This document shows positions 9,591-19,843 of a stretch of DNA of 64,000 bases, one piece after another (within the stretch, counting starts at the first letter, position 1; each line of letters begins with the position of its first letter). The DNA is from Candidatus Cloacimonadales bacterium (GTDB lineage: Bacteria; Cloacimonadota; Cloacimonadia; Cloacimonadales; JAFGVF01), in contig CAXXJV010000001.1 in the NCBI GenBank assembly GCA_963663475.2, forward strand, positions 1,856,001-1,920,000, read 5' to 3'. Under the pieces are notes generated by a model. That model was not told where the DNA came from, did no database searches, and was given only the letters and a program-made list of their open reading frames with translations. A program made the translations under genes and the position numbers.

Positions 9591-12500
9591 CTAGAGGAGG
9601 GCATTTTGAACTATTTCAAGCAAAGCAGATTTTTTGTAGGGCTTACCTAGATAGTAGTTACAGCCTTCGGCTAGTATTCTATCTTTATCTCCAATCATAG
9701 TGTAACCTGTAACTGCTATAATTGGAGTTGTAATATTTTTGGAGTTTTGCTTTATAATTCTAGTGGCTGTCAGTCCATCAATTCCTTCTCCCAAATGAAT
9801 ATCCATAAGAATAACATCATATTTTTTCTTTTCTGCAAGTAGAACAGCAACTTCACCACAGTTAGCTAGGTCAGTATTATAGTATTCTTTTAAGATAGAG
9901 ATAACTAATTTTTGATTGATAGTGTTATCTTCTACTATTAGGATTTTAGCTTTATCTTGGTTAGAAGAGAATGATTCGATTTCTTTTATTTTAGGTATAT
10001 CTGTGAAGTCTGATAAATCAGCTTCTTTAAGAGGAAGTTTGATTGTGAAGGTAGAGCCAGCTAGAATTTGGCTTTCAACATTAATTTGGCCATTCATAAG
10101 ATCAATTATTTTTTTAGCTATTGTTAAACCTAAACCTACGCCTTCATATGCTCTATTATAGCCTTCACTAGCCTGTCTAAATTCTGAGAAAATCAATTTG
10201 AGTGATTCGTTAGGAATACCAATACCAGTGTCTATAATTTGAATTTCAATGTTATTATCTTTACTTGAACAGAGGAGTTGAACACCGCCTTTTTGGGTAA
10301 ATTTGAGGGCATTGTTGAGTAGGTGAGTGAGGGCTTGATTTATTAGATTATCATCTGCTTTAGCATATAGGTTAGGTTGTATTTCAGCGTAGAAAGTTAA
10401 ATTTTTATCAGTGAAGAGGACTTGGAAAATATTGGCTAATTCATGTAAGATATTAGAGATATTGCAAGTTTTAAAGTTCTGTAATTTCTTACTATTAATA
10501 GTTTCAAGTTGTGTTAAGAGCATTATAGAATCGAGAACATTATTGAGTCTTATAGCAGATGAATGAATCATTCCAGCCATATTCCCGCTTTCGAAATCAC
10601 TACTTTTTTGCTGAAGTATTTCTGAGAAACCAACTATACCGTTCAGAGGAGTTCTGAACTCATGACTAATATTTTTAAGGAGGTTAGATTTGAGTTTATC
10701 AGAATTTTGAGCTTTTTCTCTTTCACTTCTTAGGGCTTTTTCTAAATCGGCTCTGTTTTTAATATTAACTAAAATTTCAGCAAAAATAGAAAGAACAGTT
10801 TTTTCAGCTTCTGAGTACTTGTATTTTGATTTAACAGAATCAAGTCCAATAAATCCAATACAGGAACCATTGTTCATTAGTGGAATGGAAATAAGACTTT
10901 TAATACCTTGGGCACCCAGCATTTTTTGGACATTAGGATAGTCTGTCAAAAGGGCTAAGTCTTCAATAAAGATGCTTTTCCCTTGCTTGTGTTGTCCTGG
11001 CCAGTATTCCATTAATTCCAAGGGGACAGCTTGAAGGTTCTCAATTTGTGGGCTAATATCCTGGCCAACCCATTCATAGGTATTTATAGAAATCTGCTTT
11101 TCCCAATCATAGTCAAAGATATAGGCTCTGTCAGCATGGAAGAAGTTGGCTAATTTAGCTAAGGTATCATTAACCGCTATATCAATATCTTGAGTAGGAA
11201 TATTGATAAAATCAACGGCAATAGAGCTAAGAAGTGTTTGCAGGAGGACTTGTCTTTCAAGTGCTTTCTCAGCCTTGTATTGTTTGGTAATATCTCTAAT
11301 GTTTGCAATAATTCCAGAAGGTTTACCATTCTTATCACGTAAGAACTTAGAGTGAATAGAAGTTAGGACTATTTTTCTTTCTTTATCGAATAAAGCCAGG
11401 GTGTTAATATTACTTCTATTTTTGTTTGGACTGTCAATATCAATTTTAAGTTCTTCAGCAATAGCCTTTTTAATTTCTGTGACAGCTAAAGGTGTGTATC
11501 TATCTCCAACAGGGAGTTTTAGATATTCTTCAGGAGTAAAACCTGTTAATTTTTCTATAGAAGGGCTAACGTAAGTTATATTGAAATTGAAGTCAGCAGT
11601 AAAAACAACATCAGTCATATTATCAGTAATCCTTTGCAAATACTCTTCTCTTTCTTCATGTTCTCTGTATAAACTTTGGAGTTTTATTTTGGAGTGGGCT
11701 AAATCCGTGATGATTTGGAGAAAGTCACTATAGAATTTTGCAATAGACATTATTTCTTTTCTATTAAGTTTAGGAACTTTTTCTAAGGCGGTAAGATATT
11801 CTTCTTCATTATAGCCATAATCATGAGCTTGTTGGCGAAAAATGTCTTTATTGATTTCTTCATCTTCGAAGAAAAACTGTCCTATGAAGAGATTAGCAAT
11901 GTGTTGATCAGCAACAATAATAGGAGTTACTAAATCATTCATATTGTTAAGACATCTATAGGTTCTGCTTTCACCCTTTTGCAAGCCTGTGGTTAAAATA
12001 CGGTCACTTTCGATACATTTTGCTTGTGTGGAGGGATTAGCCCTATGAAATTTACCGCAAATATCTGTCATTCCAATAGAGGAAATAATATTGCCTTGCA
12101 AATCAACAATTCCAATGGGGGTCTTGTTGAAAGAATAAAATATTTCCATAAGTCTAGTTAATTCTTCTAAATTAACCAGGTCTTGGATTTTGAGAGTTTT
12201 TATATTGAAAGTATCGGTAACTTGTGAACTAGCTTTATTTGTAATGTTTTCAGTTTGCTTTAGCACTTTGAAATGAGCTACAATCCCTTGAATATCTTCT
12301 GAGTTAAGACAATTTTGGCCAGTTATTTCAACATCAAGGTAATATCCTACAGAAGTTTTGAGTCTGCTGTTTATCCTAGACTGACCATTGGCTTTTTCTT
12401 TTAGTTTAGTAAATGCTTGAGTCACTTTAGCCAAATCATCAGGATGTATGACTTCTAGAGGGTGAAGGTTCAGAGTCTTATCAGGAGCATACCCAAGTAT

Positions 12501-12974
12501 TTCTTTAAGTTTTGGACTTGAAAAAATAGGGTTAATATCTTTATCAAGAACACATAAACCTTCGAAAGAGTTTTTAATCAGGGGAGAGTATTTTTCAAAT
12601 TTATTTTGTAGGCTGATTAGATTATTAGTGAGGTGAGGATTGGTAATAATCTGGATTTTAGCTTGATTATTATTTGTGGGTGTAAAGTTTAATTCAACAT
12701 AGTTATCAGATTCATGAAGGTATATTTTTTCTCTTATTTTTGTTTTTTTCTTAGCTAAGCAAGAATATTTATGGACTTGGTTAGAAGAAAGAATTTCATT
12801 AATCATAAGCAGTAAGGATTGGGGAAGAGATTGGCTATCTAGTTCATTTATTATATCGGTGTTTTGATAAAATTCACAAATGGACAATATCTCATATCCA
12901 CATGAAGTTTTGCAACTTTCAGAAAATTCGATATTTACGGCATAGCACTTACTAGTTTCGTCATTCTTTATCAT
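9591..12974 (-). CDS. Cytoplasmic hybrid histidine kinase (PAS-PocR-PAS-GAF-HisKA-HATPase-REC)
   Basis: SHEFRTPLNG H-box, NNALKFT N-box, DTGIGI, GVGLGL, REC ILMDIHL; PocR-like C..FHR...C..SD...Y.C segment. Confidence 0.9.
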   Translation of the reverse strand: MIKNDETSKCYAVNIEFSESCKTSCGYEILSICEFYQNTDIINELDSQSLPQSLLLMINEILSSNQVHKYSCLAKKKTKIREKIYLHESDNYVELNFTPTNNNQAKIQIITNPHLTNNLISLQNKFEKYSPLIKNSFEGLCVLDKDINPIFSSPKLKEILGYAPDKTLNLHPLEVIHPDDLAKVTQAFTKLKEKANGQSRINSRLKTSVGYYLDVEITGQNCLNSEDIQGIVAHFKVLKQTENITNKASSQVTDTFNIKTLKIQDLVNLEELTRLMEIFYSFNKTPIGIVDLQGNIISSIGMTDICGKFHRANPSTQAKCIESDRILTTGLQKGESRTYRCLNNMNDLVTPIIVADQHIANLFIGQFFFEDEEINKDIFRQQAHDYGYNEEEYLTALEKVPKLNRKEIMSIAKFYSDFLQIITDLAHSKIKLQSLYREHEEREEYLQRITDNMTDVVFTADFNFNITYVSPSIEKLTGFTPEEYLKLPVGDRYTPLAVTEIKKAIAEELKIDIDSPNKNRSNINTLALFDKERKIVLTSIHSKFLRDKNGKPSGIIANIRDITKQYKAEKALERQVLLQTLLSSIAVDFINIPTQDIDIAVNDTLAKLANFFHADRAYIFDYDWEKQISINTYEWVGQDISPQIENLQAVPLELMEYWPGQHKQGKSIFIEDLALLTDYPNVQKMLGAQGIKSLISIPLMNNGSCIGFIGLDSVKSKYKYSEAEKTVLSIFAEILVNIKNRADLEKALRSEREKAQNSDKLKSNLLKNISHEFRTPLNGIVGFSEILQQKSSDFESGNMAGMIHSSAIRLNNVLDSIMLLTQLETINSKKLQNFKTCNISNILHELANIFQVLFTDKNLTFYAEIQPNLYAKADDNLINQALTHLLNNALKFTQKGGVQLLCSSKDNNIEIQIIDTGIGIPNESLKLIFSEFRQASEGYNRAYEGVGLGLTIAKKIIDLMNGQINVESQILAGSTFTIKLPLKEADLSDFTDIPKIKEIESFSSNQDKAKILIVEDNTINQKLVISILKEYYNTDLANCGEVAVLLAEKKKYDVILMDIHLGEGIDGLTATRIIKQNSKNITTPIIAVTGYTMIGDKDRILAEGCNYYLGKPYKKSALLEIVQNALL

Positions 12975-13096
12975 TTTATAACCTTTATATTTTACTTAGC
13001 TAAGTAGAAAGCAGTTTTCATTTAAACATTATGTATTATTCAAGTGCTTTATAAAAAAGCAAGACTTCCAGCCAACAACCCCACAAAACTGATGTT

Positions 13097-13125
13097 ATTA
13101 TGAGAATCAATCTAATCAATGTCAA
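13097..13125 (-). promoter_or_regulatory. Sigma70-type promoter for the 12974 kinase
   Basis: TTGACA-17 nt-CATAAT on the minus strand. Confidence 0.6.
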
Positions 13126-13165
13126 TAAAAAAAAGCTAATTATCAATAATTTTATAATTTGTAAA

Positions 13166-16100
13166 TTATTGAGAAACCTTATGTAAGGATAAAGCAATTA
13201 TATCAAGCAATTCTTGCTTGCTATATGGTTTACTAATATAGTGACTACATCCTTGCTTTAATATGTGCTCTTTATCTCCTAGCATAGTATAACCAGTTAC
13301 TGCAATAATGGGTGTTTTAGCATAGCGAAGATCGTTTCTGATAATCTTAGTAGTTTGCAATCCGTCTAGTCCTTCTCCTAAATGAATATCCATTAAAACA
13401 AGGTCATATTGCTTTTCAGCTATCATCTTAATAGCTGATTCTCCGTCAAAGACTGCATCTACATCATAATTATCTTTGAGAACTGAGATAGCTAGTTTTT
13501 GATTTATTTTATTATCTTCTACTATTAAAATTGAAGCTAGGTTATTACTTGTTTTTTTATCTTTCTTTTCTTCAGCTTTATTGGCTATAGTCGTAAGGTT
13601 GTTATCATGATTAGTCTCAGAAATAGTATCGATAGGTAGGCTGATAATAAACTCTGCTCCTTTTTCAAACTCACTTATCAATGATATAGATCCTTTCATA
13701 AGTTCGATTGCCTTCTTGGCTATAGGTAACCCTAAACCACAACCTTCATAGGCCCGGTTGAGTCCTTCACTTACTTGGCGAAAATCGCTAAAGATTATTT
13801 CTTGAGACTCTACTGGTATCCCAATACCTGAATCTTTTATATGGAGTAAAATTTTACTTCTGTCTTGAGAAATTTGAGTAGAAATCTTAATAAAGCCTTC
13901 TTTTGTATATTTAATAGCATTGTTTATGATATGAACAATAGCTTGTTTAAACAAATTTTCATTAATCTTGGTATTTATATTTGGATGGATATCAAGTATG
14001 AAATCAAGCCCTTTTTGTTCTACTTGACTGCGATACTGGTTAGCCAAAGTCATTAGGATACTACTTAGATTAATTAGTTCAAGGCTAATGAATTCTTTCT
14101 CAGAAAGAGATTCTAATTGGGAAAGAAGCATAATAGAATCTAAAACATAGTTAAGCCTGATTCCTGATGTATATATCATACTAGCCATTTTTTTATTTTC
14201 AGAAGCTAGGGCCTTAGTTTGAAGTAATTCTGATAGACCTATAATACCATTCAGAGGAGTTCTAAATTCATGACTAATATTTTTTAAAAGATTTGATTTC
14301 AATCTATCTGATTCAGTAGCTCTTTCTTTCTCTTTTTTCAATGCTTCTGTCATTTTTATTCTGTTTCTAATATTTACTAACAAATTAGCAAAGACTTTTA
14401 AAACAGTAATATCATCCTCTGAATAGTGATGAATCTTCCTTACTGAATCAAAACCAACGAAACCAACACATTCATTCTTATCCATTAAAGGTACCGATAT
14501 CAAACTCTTAATATTTTGCTTTATAAGAAAATCTCGACGACTATCATTTTTAGCAAGTGCTAGAACCTCAGGAATTGAGATAATTTCGCCTCTGTGGTGC
14601 TTTTCATTCCACTCTTTCATCATATCAACAGGAACATTTTGAAGATTATCTATTTGAGGAGATATTCCTTCTCTACACCATTCATAAGTATTACTTGTAG
14701 TTCTCTTATCCCAATCATATTTGAAGATGTAAGCTCGATCTGCTTTGGCAAATTCAGCAAATTCCTCAAGAGATTTTTGAATGGAAGCTCTGATCTCTTT
14801 AAGAGGTAAATTAATATATTTCATAGCTATAGAGCTAAGCAGAGATTGCAACTGTAACTGATTATTTAACTGAGCTTCTATTGCTTTTCTATGTGAAATA
14901 TCTCTAGCCGAGCCTATAATTGCCAGTGGTTTATTATCTTTATCTAATAATAATTTGGCATGTACAGACATATCTATCAAGTCATTGTTCACGTTATACT
15001 CTTGCATCTCAAAGAGAATATCTTCATGTTGGTCAGGTCCTTTAGCAAGTTCATCTTGCAAGAGACTGTTTATCTTATTGATAGTATCTTGAGGAAAGCG
15101 TTGACTAGGACTCCGTTTCATATATTCTTCTGGTGTTAAGCCATTCATTTTTTGGATAGAAGGGCTCACATACAAGACTTTGAAATTAAGATCATTTATG
15201 AAAATCACATCAGTCATATTGTCTGTAATTTGAGCTAATTTCTCTTCTCTGAGTTTTAGTTGGTGGGCTGTTCTAGCTTGTTTTATTTGAGCATAAGAAA
15301 GAGCTGTGATCTTACTAAGTAAATCTCGATAATAGGTAGCAACCTTTATCAAACGGTCTTTATCAATAACGGGCAATTGAAAGTAGCTTTCGATGTATTT
15401 TTCTTTGTCGAATTTATGTAAGTTAGCTGTTTGCCTTAAATCAATTTCACTAAGAGCATATTCATCAGATAATCTAAACTGGCAAATGTCAAGTGTAGCA
15501 ATTTGTTGACCTCCAACATACACAGGACTAGCAAAATTCCAGATATTATTTTTACACTTATATATTTTACTTTCACCCAATTTTAGATTATTTGAGATAT
15601 CTTGATTACTTTCCCTGCAGAGAAGTCGAGACCCTGCTTTTGCCAAATGGTAATTTCTGCATAAAGTAGAAGTCCCTAAAGAAAAAATAACAGAGCCTTG
15701 TCTATCGAGAAGGGTTATTGGAATATTAGTAAAATCATTAATTGTTTGGAAGAGATCTCTCAATTCATCTATGTTTACTAGGTCTGAGAGTTCTAAATCT
15801 GCTAAATTACCCTCAGGTGAAACTATAGCATCTAGCTTTCTTTGAATATCTTTTTTGCTATTTTCTAGAGTCCTTTCAGCATCTTTTAAGCTGGTAACAT
15901 CATTTACTAGGGCTAAAACTTTATGGTCATCAATGATAGAGAGTGTGCACTCGTAAAATCTATTCTCACCTAAATGGTTTTTTCTTTGGTATGTAAAATT
16001 ATCTACAGGCTTATTATCTTTTAATAAGCTAAGTCGCTTTGTCAGTTTATTAGTTATATAAGGCGGAAAAAGGGTTGAAATGTTTTTACCTATGAATTGT

Positions 16101-16978
16101 TGAGGACTAAAGGCTAACTTATCATTGTCAGGTCCTTTTATATCTAAAAAGTTTCCTTGATAATCCATAACGAAAATTAAGTTAGGAATGGCATTGAAAA
16201 GAGAGATTAAATAATTTCTATTTTCTTGTAATTCTTGCTTAGATTTTTCAATATCAGTAATATCCTGGGCATTGATAACAAATCCTTCAATGCCAGGTAT
16301 ATCTAACATGTTCTTCATTCTAAAAGACATTAAACGGTAATTATTATCAGTATCCTTAATCCTAATCTTTGCTTTAACAATTCTATCAGGATATTTGAGC
16401 AGTTCTGTAATTGTGTTTTGGCCGATAAATATGTCATCAGGGTGAACATATTTGAATGCATTACTATCTTCTGATTCAATATCCTTGATTCCAAGTAATT
16501 TCATTGCATTCTTATTGCAATAAATGAGTTCAATATTTCTATTCACTAGCAGTAAATAATCAAAAGAATTATCAATTACTTGTAAAAAATTAGTTTGCTT
16601 GTCTTGTTCTGTCTCACTTATGGAGCTATAAGGAAGGCTAGCAAAACAAATACTAACCTGATTTTTCGCTAGAGGAGAAACTTTTACTATAAGTTGTCTG
16701 TCATAAATTTTGCAATGATGCTGGAATTCCATGTAACTATTGTTTACTGCAACATTAAAGTAGGATTTTAGTTTTCTCTGACTAAACAATTCATTTTTTA
16801 GGTCTTTACATATTAATGACTCTGTATCATCAGAAATGTTTTCTCCGATAATTTCTTCAAATCTTTTATTATTATAGAGGATTTGGAAGGAAAAATCTTT
16901 CTTGCTTATCTTAGAAATATTAATCTCACAGTATCCTATTGGCAGTGAATCAACATAGATTCTTTTGTTTTCTCTCAT
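13166..16978 (-). CDS. Cytoplasmic hybrid histidine kinase (PAS-PAS-PocR-PAS-GAF-HisKA-HATPase-REC), paralogue of 9591-12974
   Basis: Same motifs (LKSNLLKNISHEFRTPLNG, ITDNMTDV, MDIHLGEG) plus one extra PAS domain. Confidence 0.9.
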   Translation of the reverse strand: MRENKRIYVDSLPIGYCEINISKISKKDFSFQILYNNKRFEEIIGENISDDTESLICKDLKNELFSQRKLKSYFNVAVNNSYMEFQHHCKIYDRQLIVKVSPLAKNQVSICFASLPYSSISETEQDKQTNFLQVIDNSFDYLLLVNRNIELIYCNKNAMKLLGIKDIESEDSNAFKYVHPDDIFIGQNTITELLKYPDRIVKAKIRIKDTDNNYRLMSFRMKNMLDIPGIEGFVINAQDITDIEKSKQELQENRNYLISLFNAIPNLIFVMDYQGNFLDIKGPDNDKLAFSPQQFIGKNISTLFPPYITNKLTKRLSLLKDNKPVDNFTYQRKNHLGENRFYECTLSIIDDHKVLALVNDVTSLKDAERTLENSKKDIQRKLDAIVSPEGNLADLELSDLVNIDELRDLFQTINDFTNIPITLLDRQGSVIFSLGTSTLCRNYHLAKAGSRLLCRESNQDISNNLKLGESKIYKCKNNIWNFASPVYVGGQQIATLDICQFRLSDEYALSEIDLRQTANLHKFDKEKYIESYFQLPVIDKDRLIKVATYYRDLLSKITALSYAQIKQARTAHQLKLREEKLAQITDNMTDVIFINDLNFKVLYVSPSIQKMNGLTPEEYMKRSPSQRFPQDTINKINSLLQDELAKGPDQHEDILFEMQEYNVNNDLIDMSVHAKLLLDKDNKPLAIIGSARDISHRKAIEAQLNNQLQLQSLLSSIAMKYINLPLKEIRASIQKSLEEFAEFAKADRAYIFKYDWDKRTTSNTYEWCREGISPQIDNLQNVPVDMMKEWNEKHHRGEIISIPEVLALAKNDSRRDFLIKQNIKSLISVPLMDKNECVGFVGFDSVRKIHHYSEDDITVLKVFANLLVNIRNRIKMTEALKKEKERATESDRLKSNLLKNISHEFRTPLNGIIGLSELLQTKALASENKKMASMIYTSGIRLNYVLDSIMLLSQLESLSEKEFISLELINLSSILMTLANQYRSQVEQKGLDFILDIHPNINTKINENLFKQAIVHIINNAIKYTKEGFIKISTQISQDRSKILLHIKDSGIGIPVESQEIIFSDFRQVSEGLNRAYEGCGLGLPIAKKAIELMKGSISLISEFEKGAEFIISLPIDTISETNHDNNLTTIANKAEEKKDKKTSNNLASILIVEDNKINQKLAISVLKDNYDVDAVFDGESAIKMIAEKQYDLVLMDIHLGEGLDGLQTTKIIRNDLRYAKTPIIAVTGYTMLGDKEHILKQGCSHYISKPYSKQELLDIIALSLHKVSQ

Positions 16979-17365
16979 GAATAATTCCTTAGTGTGGGCC
17001 TTATTTTGCCATTGCTATTTTTCTATTTATTTTTATAGTATTTTCATTAGCTATGCTAGACGGTGGGTAGTTTATCCGCCACAATAACTGGGCTTGCCAG
17101 CATCCTTATTAATTTTTAATAATATAGGGCTCTTAAAAAAGTGCAGATTAGTCATTTCTGTTTTTTTAAGATTAGGAGTTGATTATTAACTTCATAATCT
17201 TCACTTATTATTGATTCAGCTACATTATTTAACTATAATACTATTTAACATTAAGTCTTTCTTTATGTCAAATCTTTTTTTTTATCTTTTTTTAAAAATA
17301 TTTTTTCTTTTATCTGCTAAAGCCTAAGAAAATTAGAAAAGTGGTTTTTTCTCAAGAATACTATA

Positions 17366-17448
17366 TTCATCCATTACCCTTCCTTTACAGTCTTTCGATG
17401 AAAGTCCAGGTTTCATCGAAAGACTGTAAAGGAAGGGTAATGGATGAA
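17366..17448. repeat. Perfect 38-bp inverted repeat with 7-nt loop, family A copy 1
   Basis: ttcatccattacccttcctttacagtctttcgatgaaa-gtccagg-tttcatcgaaagactgtaaaggaagggtaatggatgaa. Confidence 0.95.
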
Positions 17449-17816
17449 ACAGGGGTGAAAGTGATTTTTTACAAGCTTAACTGAGGTGTCACCTTTAACT
17501 CTCAATCTTGATAAAGAGGAAGGAGGTGGTTCAGGTTTAGTTTTTTATTAAGATCAGCAAGTCTTTTCATTTGCTTTATACTTTAGCATAATTTTATCGA
17601 TAATAAAATAACATAAAGATAAGAAGTAGGAAAAATAGGCAAAATTACAAAATAAAAAGAATTTTTAAAAAACAATATAACAATACTTTAAGATATATAA
17701 ATAAAAAAATATCGAAAAAAGATTGACAGGATTTGCAGGTATTTTAATGCTGACATATCGATATTGAGATAACGAATAAACTAAATGGAATTTAAAAAAA
17801 GGGAAAGGAAGAGATT

Positions 17817-18104
17817 ATGACTATAACAGTTTGTGCAGGATCTTCATGTAGCCATAGAGGCTCTCAAAAAGTTGTGGAGTATTTAGTTAATTTTATTAGC
17901 ACTAACTCTTTGCAAGACAGATGGAAATTAAAAGCTTCTTTCTGTATGAAGGATTGTGGTGAGCACTTTTGTGTTCAAATTGATGATTATCGTCTTAAAT
18001 TCCTTCCGAATTCAGATTATAGAAGATTCTTTAAGGAACTTCTTAGAACAAATGAATTACCTAATATTGCTGGAATAACCTGGAGGAGACATGAGGTTAA
18101 ATAG
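17817..18104 (+). CDS. Thioredoxin-like [2Fe-2S] ferredoxin (HfsA-like)
   Basis: VCAGSSC...FCMKDC cysteine pattern; hydrogenase operon context. Confidence 0.8.
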   Translation: MTITVCAGSSCSHRGSQKVVEYLVNFISTNSLQDRWKLKASFCMKDCGEHFCVQIDDYRLKFLPNSDYRRFFKELLRTNELPNIAGITWRRHEVK

Positions 18105-18594
18105 TAAATCTTTAGCGGAAAAGATTATTGATAAGGATCCTAACGGATTAGTTGTTGTAGATGATGATTTAAGAATTGTGCAGTTTAACAAAGCATTTCT
18201 TTCCATATTTAACATTATGCCAACCCATAAAATTATTGGTGAAAATGTTAATGATATTTTAATGCAGGAAATATTTCCTAATGGCGATATTAGCAAGGAT
18301 AATGGCGCAATCAAGCATCATCATAGAACAGGTAAGTTTGTGAAAGCAGTTACTTTTAGAATAGATGATGAAGACTTATCTGCTTGTTTCTTTGTTAATA
18401 TTACAGACTCATTTCATAATAAAAGAAAACTCCAGTTGATGAAAACTGAGACTATAAAGAAGGCGCAAGCTGTTATTGATAATCAAATGAGAGTTGCTCA
18501 GGAAATAGCTAGTTTATTGGGAGAGACAACTGCTGAGTCTAAAGTAACTTTACTTCAACTTATGGATATTCTTAAAGAAGAAGGGGAGATGTAA
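18091..18594 (+). CDS. PAS-domain protein equivalent to the C-terminal part of the sensory hydrogenase HfsB/HydS
   Basis: PAS start PNGLVVVDDDLRIVQFNKAF; C-terminal QMRVAQEIASLLGETTAE motif; no H-cluster motifs. Confidence 0.75.
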   Translation: MRLNSKSLAEKIIDKDPNGLVVVDDDLRIVQFNKAFLSIFNIMPTHKIIGENVNDILMQEIFPNGDISKDNGAIKHHHRTGKFVKAVTFRIDDEDLSACFFVNITDSFHNKRKLQLMKTETIKKAQAVIDNQMRVAQEIASLLGETTAESKVTLLQLMDILKEEGEM

Positions 18595-18595
18595 G

Positions 18596-19783
18596 GTGTT
18601 ATCTTCAAGAAAAGAAGCTAAGATGTGGGATTTGCATTTAGAAATTGCTAAATCTCAACTGATTAAGCATAAAGAGATTCTTTGTGGAGATTCTATTATA
18701 ATTGATAAAGATTATGATAGAGAGACAGCATCTTTAATCTTATCTGATGGATTAGGTTCAGGAGTTAAGGCTAATATCCTATCCACCCTGACAACCAAGA
18801 TCATCTCTGTTATGCTTCAGAACGGACGGAACATAGATGAGATAGTTGAAACTTTAACAGACACTCTACCAACCTGTAATGTTCGTAAATTAGCCTATAG
18901 CACCTTTTCAGTAGCCCAGTTTGGTTCAAATGGAAAGTTGCAATTAGTTGAATACGATAATCCGCCAGCTTTTTTTGTCAGAAATGGAAAAGTCTTAAAT
19001 CTCAATTATGAGATGAGAGAGATTAATGGCAAGAAGATCAATGAAACTTCTTTAGAAGTGCAAGAGGGAGACTTGTTAGTATTTGTTTCTGACGGAGAAA
19101 CTCATGCTGGTATAGGTGGTATCTGGAACCTAGGTTGGGGTTGGGAACACATTGCTGAATTTATTGAACGTATTAGTAAGAAGGCCATGACTGCAAAAGA
19201 AATAGCTTTTGAGATAACAAATGTAGCTAATGAACTTTATGCAAAAGAACCGGGTGATGATACATCAGCAGTGGTAGTAAAAATCAGAAAGAAGAATTTT
19301 GCAACTATGCTTGTGGGAGCTCCCCAGAATCCTGATAATGACAAAGAGATTGTTAACAAGTTAATCAGGGGTGAAGGACGCAAGATAATCTGTGGTGGTA
19401 CTACAAGTAATATTGTTTCTAGAGAGCTTAAAGAGAAGTTAGAAGTAGATTTAGCTACTATCAAAACAGGAATTCCTCCTGTTGGTATTATCAAAGGAAT
19501 AGATCTTTGTACAGAGGGAATTATCACTATTAGTCATGCTCTGGAAATGCTTAAGTCCAACCCAAATTATAAGAGGTTAGAGATTAATAATGATGGTGTA
19601 AGTAGGTTAGTTAGAGAGTTACTTTTAGCTGATGAAATAACCTTGATGATAGGCCAATCTTTAAATTCTGCCCATCAAACATCAAACATGCCTAAAGAAT
19701 TTGGCATGAAACGCAAGATTATGGAATCAATTGCAGACCATTTAACCGAAATGGGTAAAGTGGTTCATTTAGAATATTACTAG
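18596..19783 (+). CDS. SpoIIE/PP2C-family Ser/Thr phosphatase (HfsC-like)
   Basis: LSDGLGSGVKANILSTLT, SDG, GDDTS motifs. Confidence 0.88.
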   Translation: MLSSRKEAKMWDLHLEIAKSQLIKHKEILCGDSIIIDKDYDRETASLILSDGLGSGVKANILSTLTTKIISVMLQNGRNIDEIVETLTDTLPTCNVRKLAYSTFSVAQFGSNGKLQLVEYDNPPAFFVRNGKVLNLNYEMREINGKKINETSLEVQEGDLLVFVSDGETHAGIGGIWNLGWGWEHIAEFIERISKKAMTAKEIAFEITNVANELYAKEPGDDTSAVVVKIRKKNFATMLVGAPQNPDNDKEIVNKLIRGEGRKIICGGTTSNIVSRELKEKLEVDLATIKTGIPPVGIIKGIDLCTEGIITISHALEMLKSNPNYKRLEINNDGVSRLVRELLLADEITLMIGQSLNSAHQTSNMPKEFGMKRKIMESIADHLTEMGKVVHLEYY

Positions 19784-19843
19784 ATAATAGCGGAAGATAA
19801 TAATAAATAAATAAAAAAATAAAAAAACTAAATGGAGGAGTCG

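Noticed and set aside
17590-17770. Rex or other operator upstream of the hydrogenase operon
   Set aside because: No TTGTGAA-N4-TTCACAA match; the two tatcgata palindromes are too short to call in AT-rich DNA.
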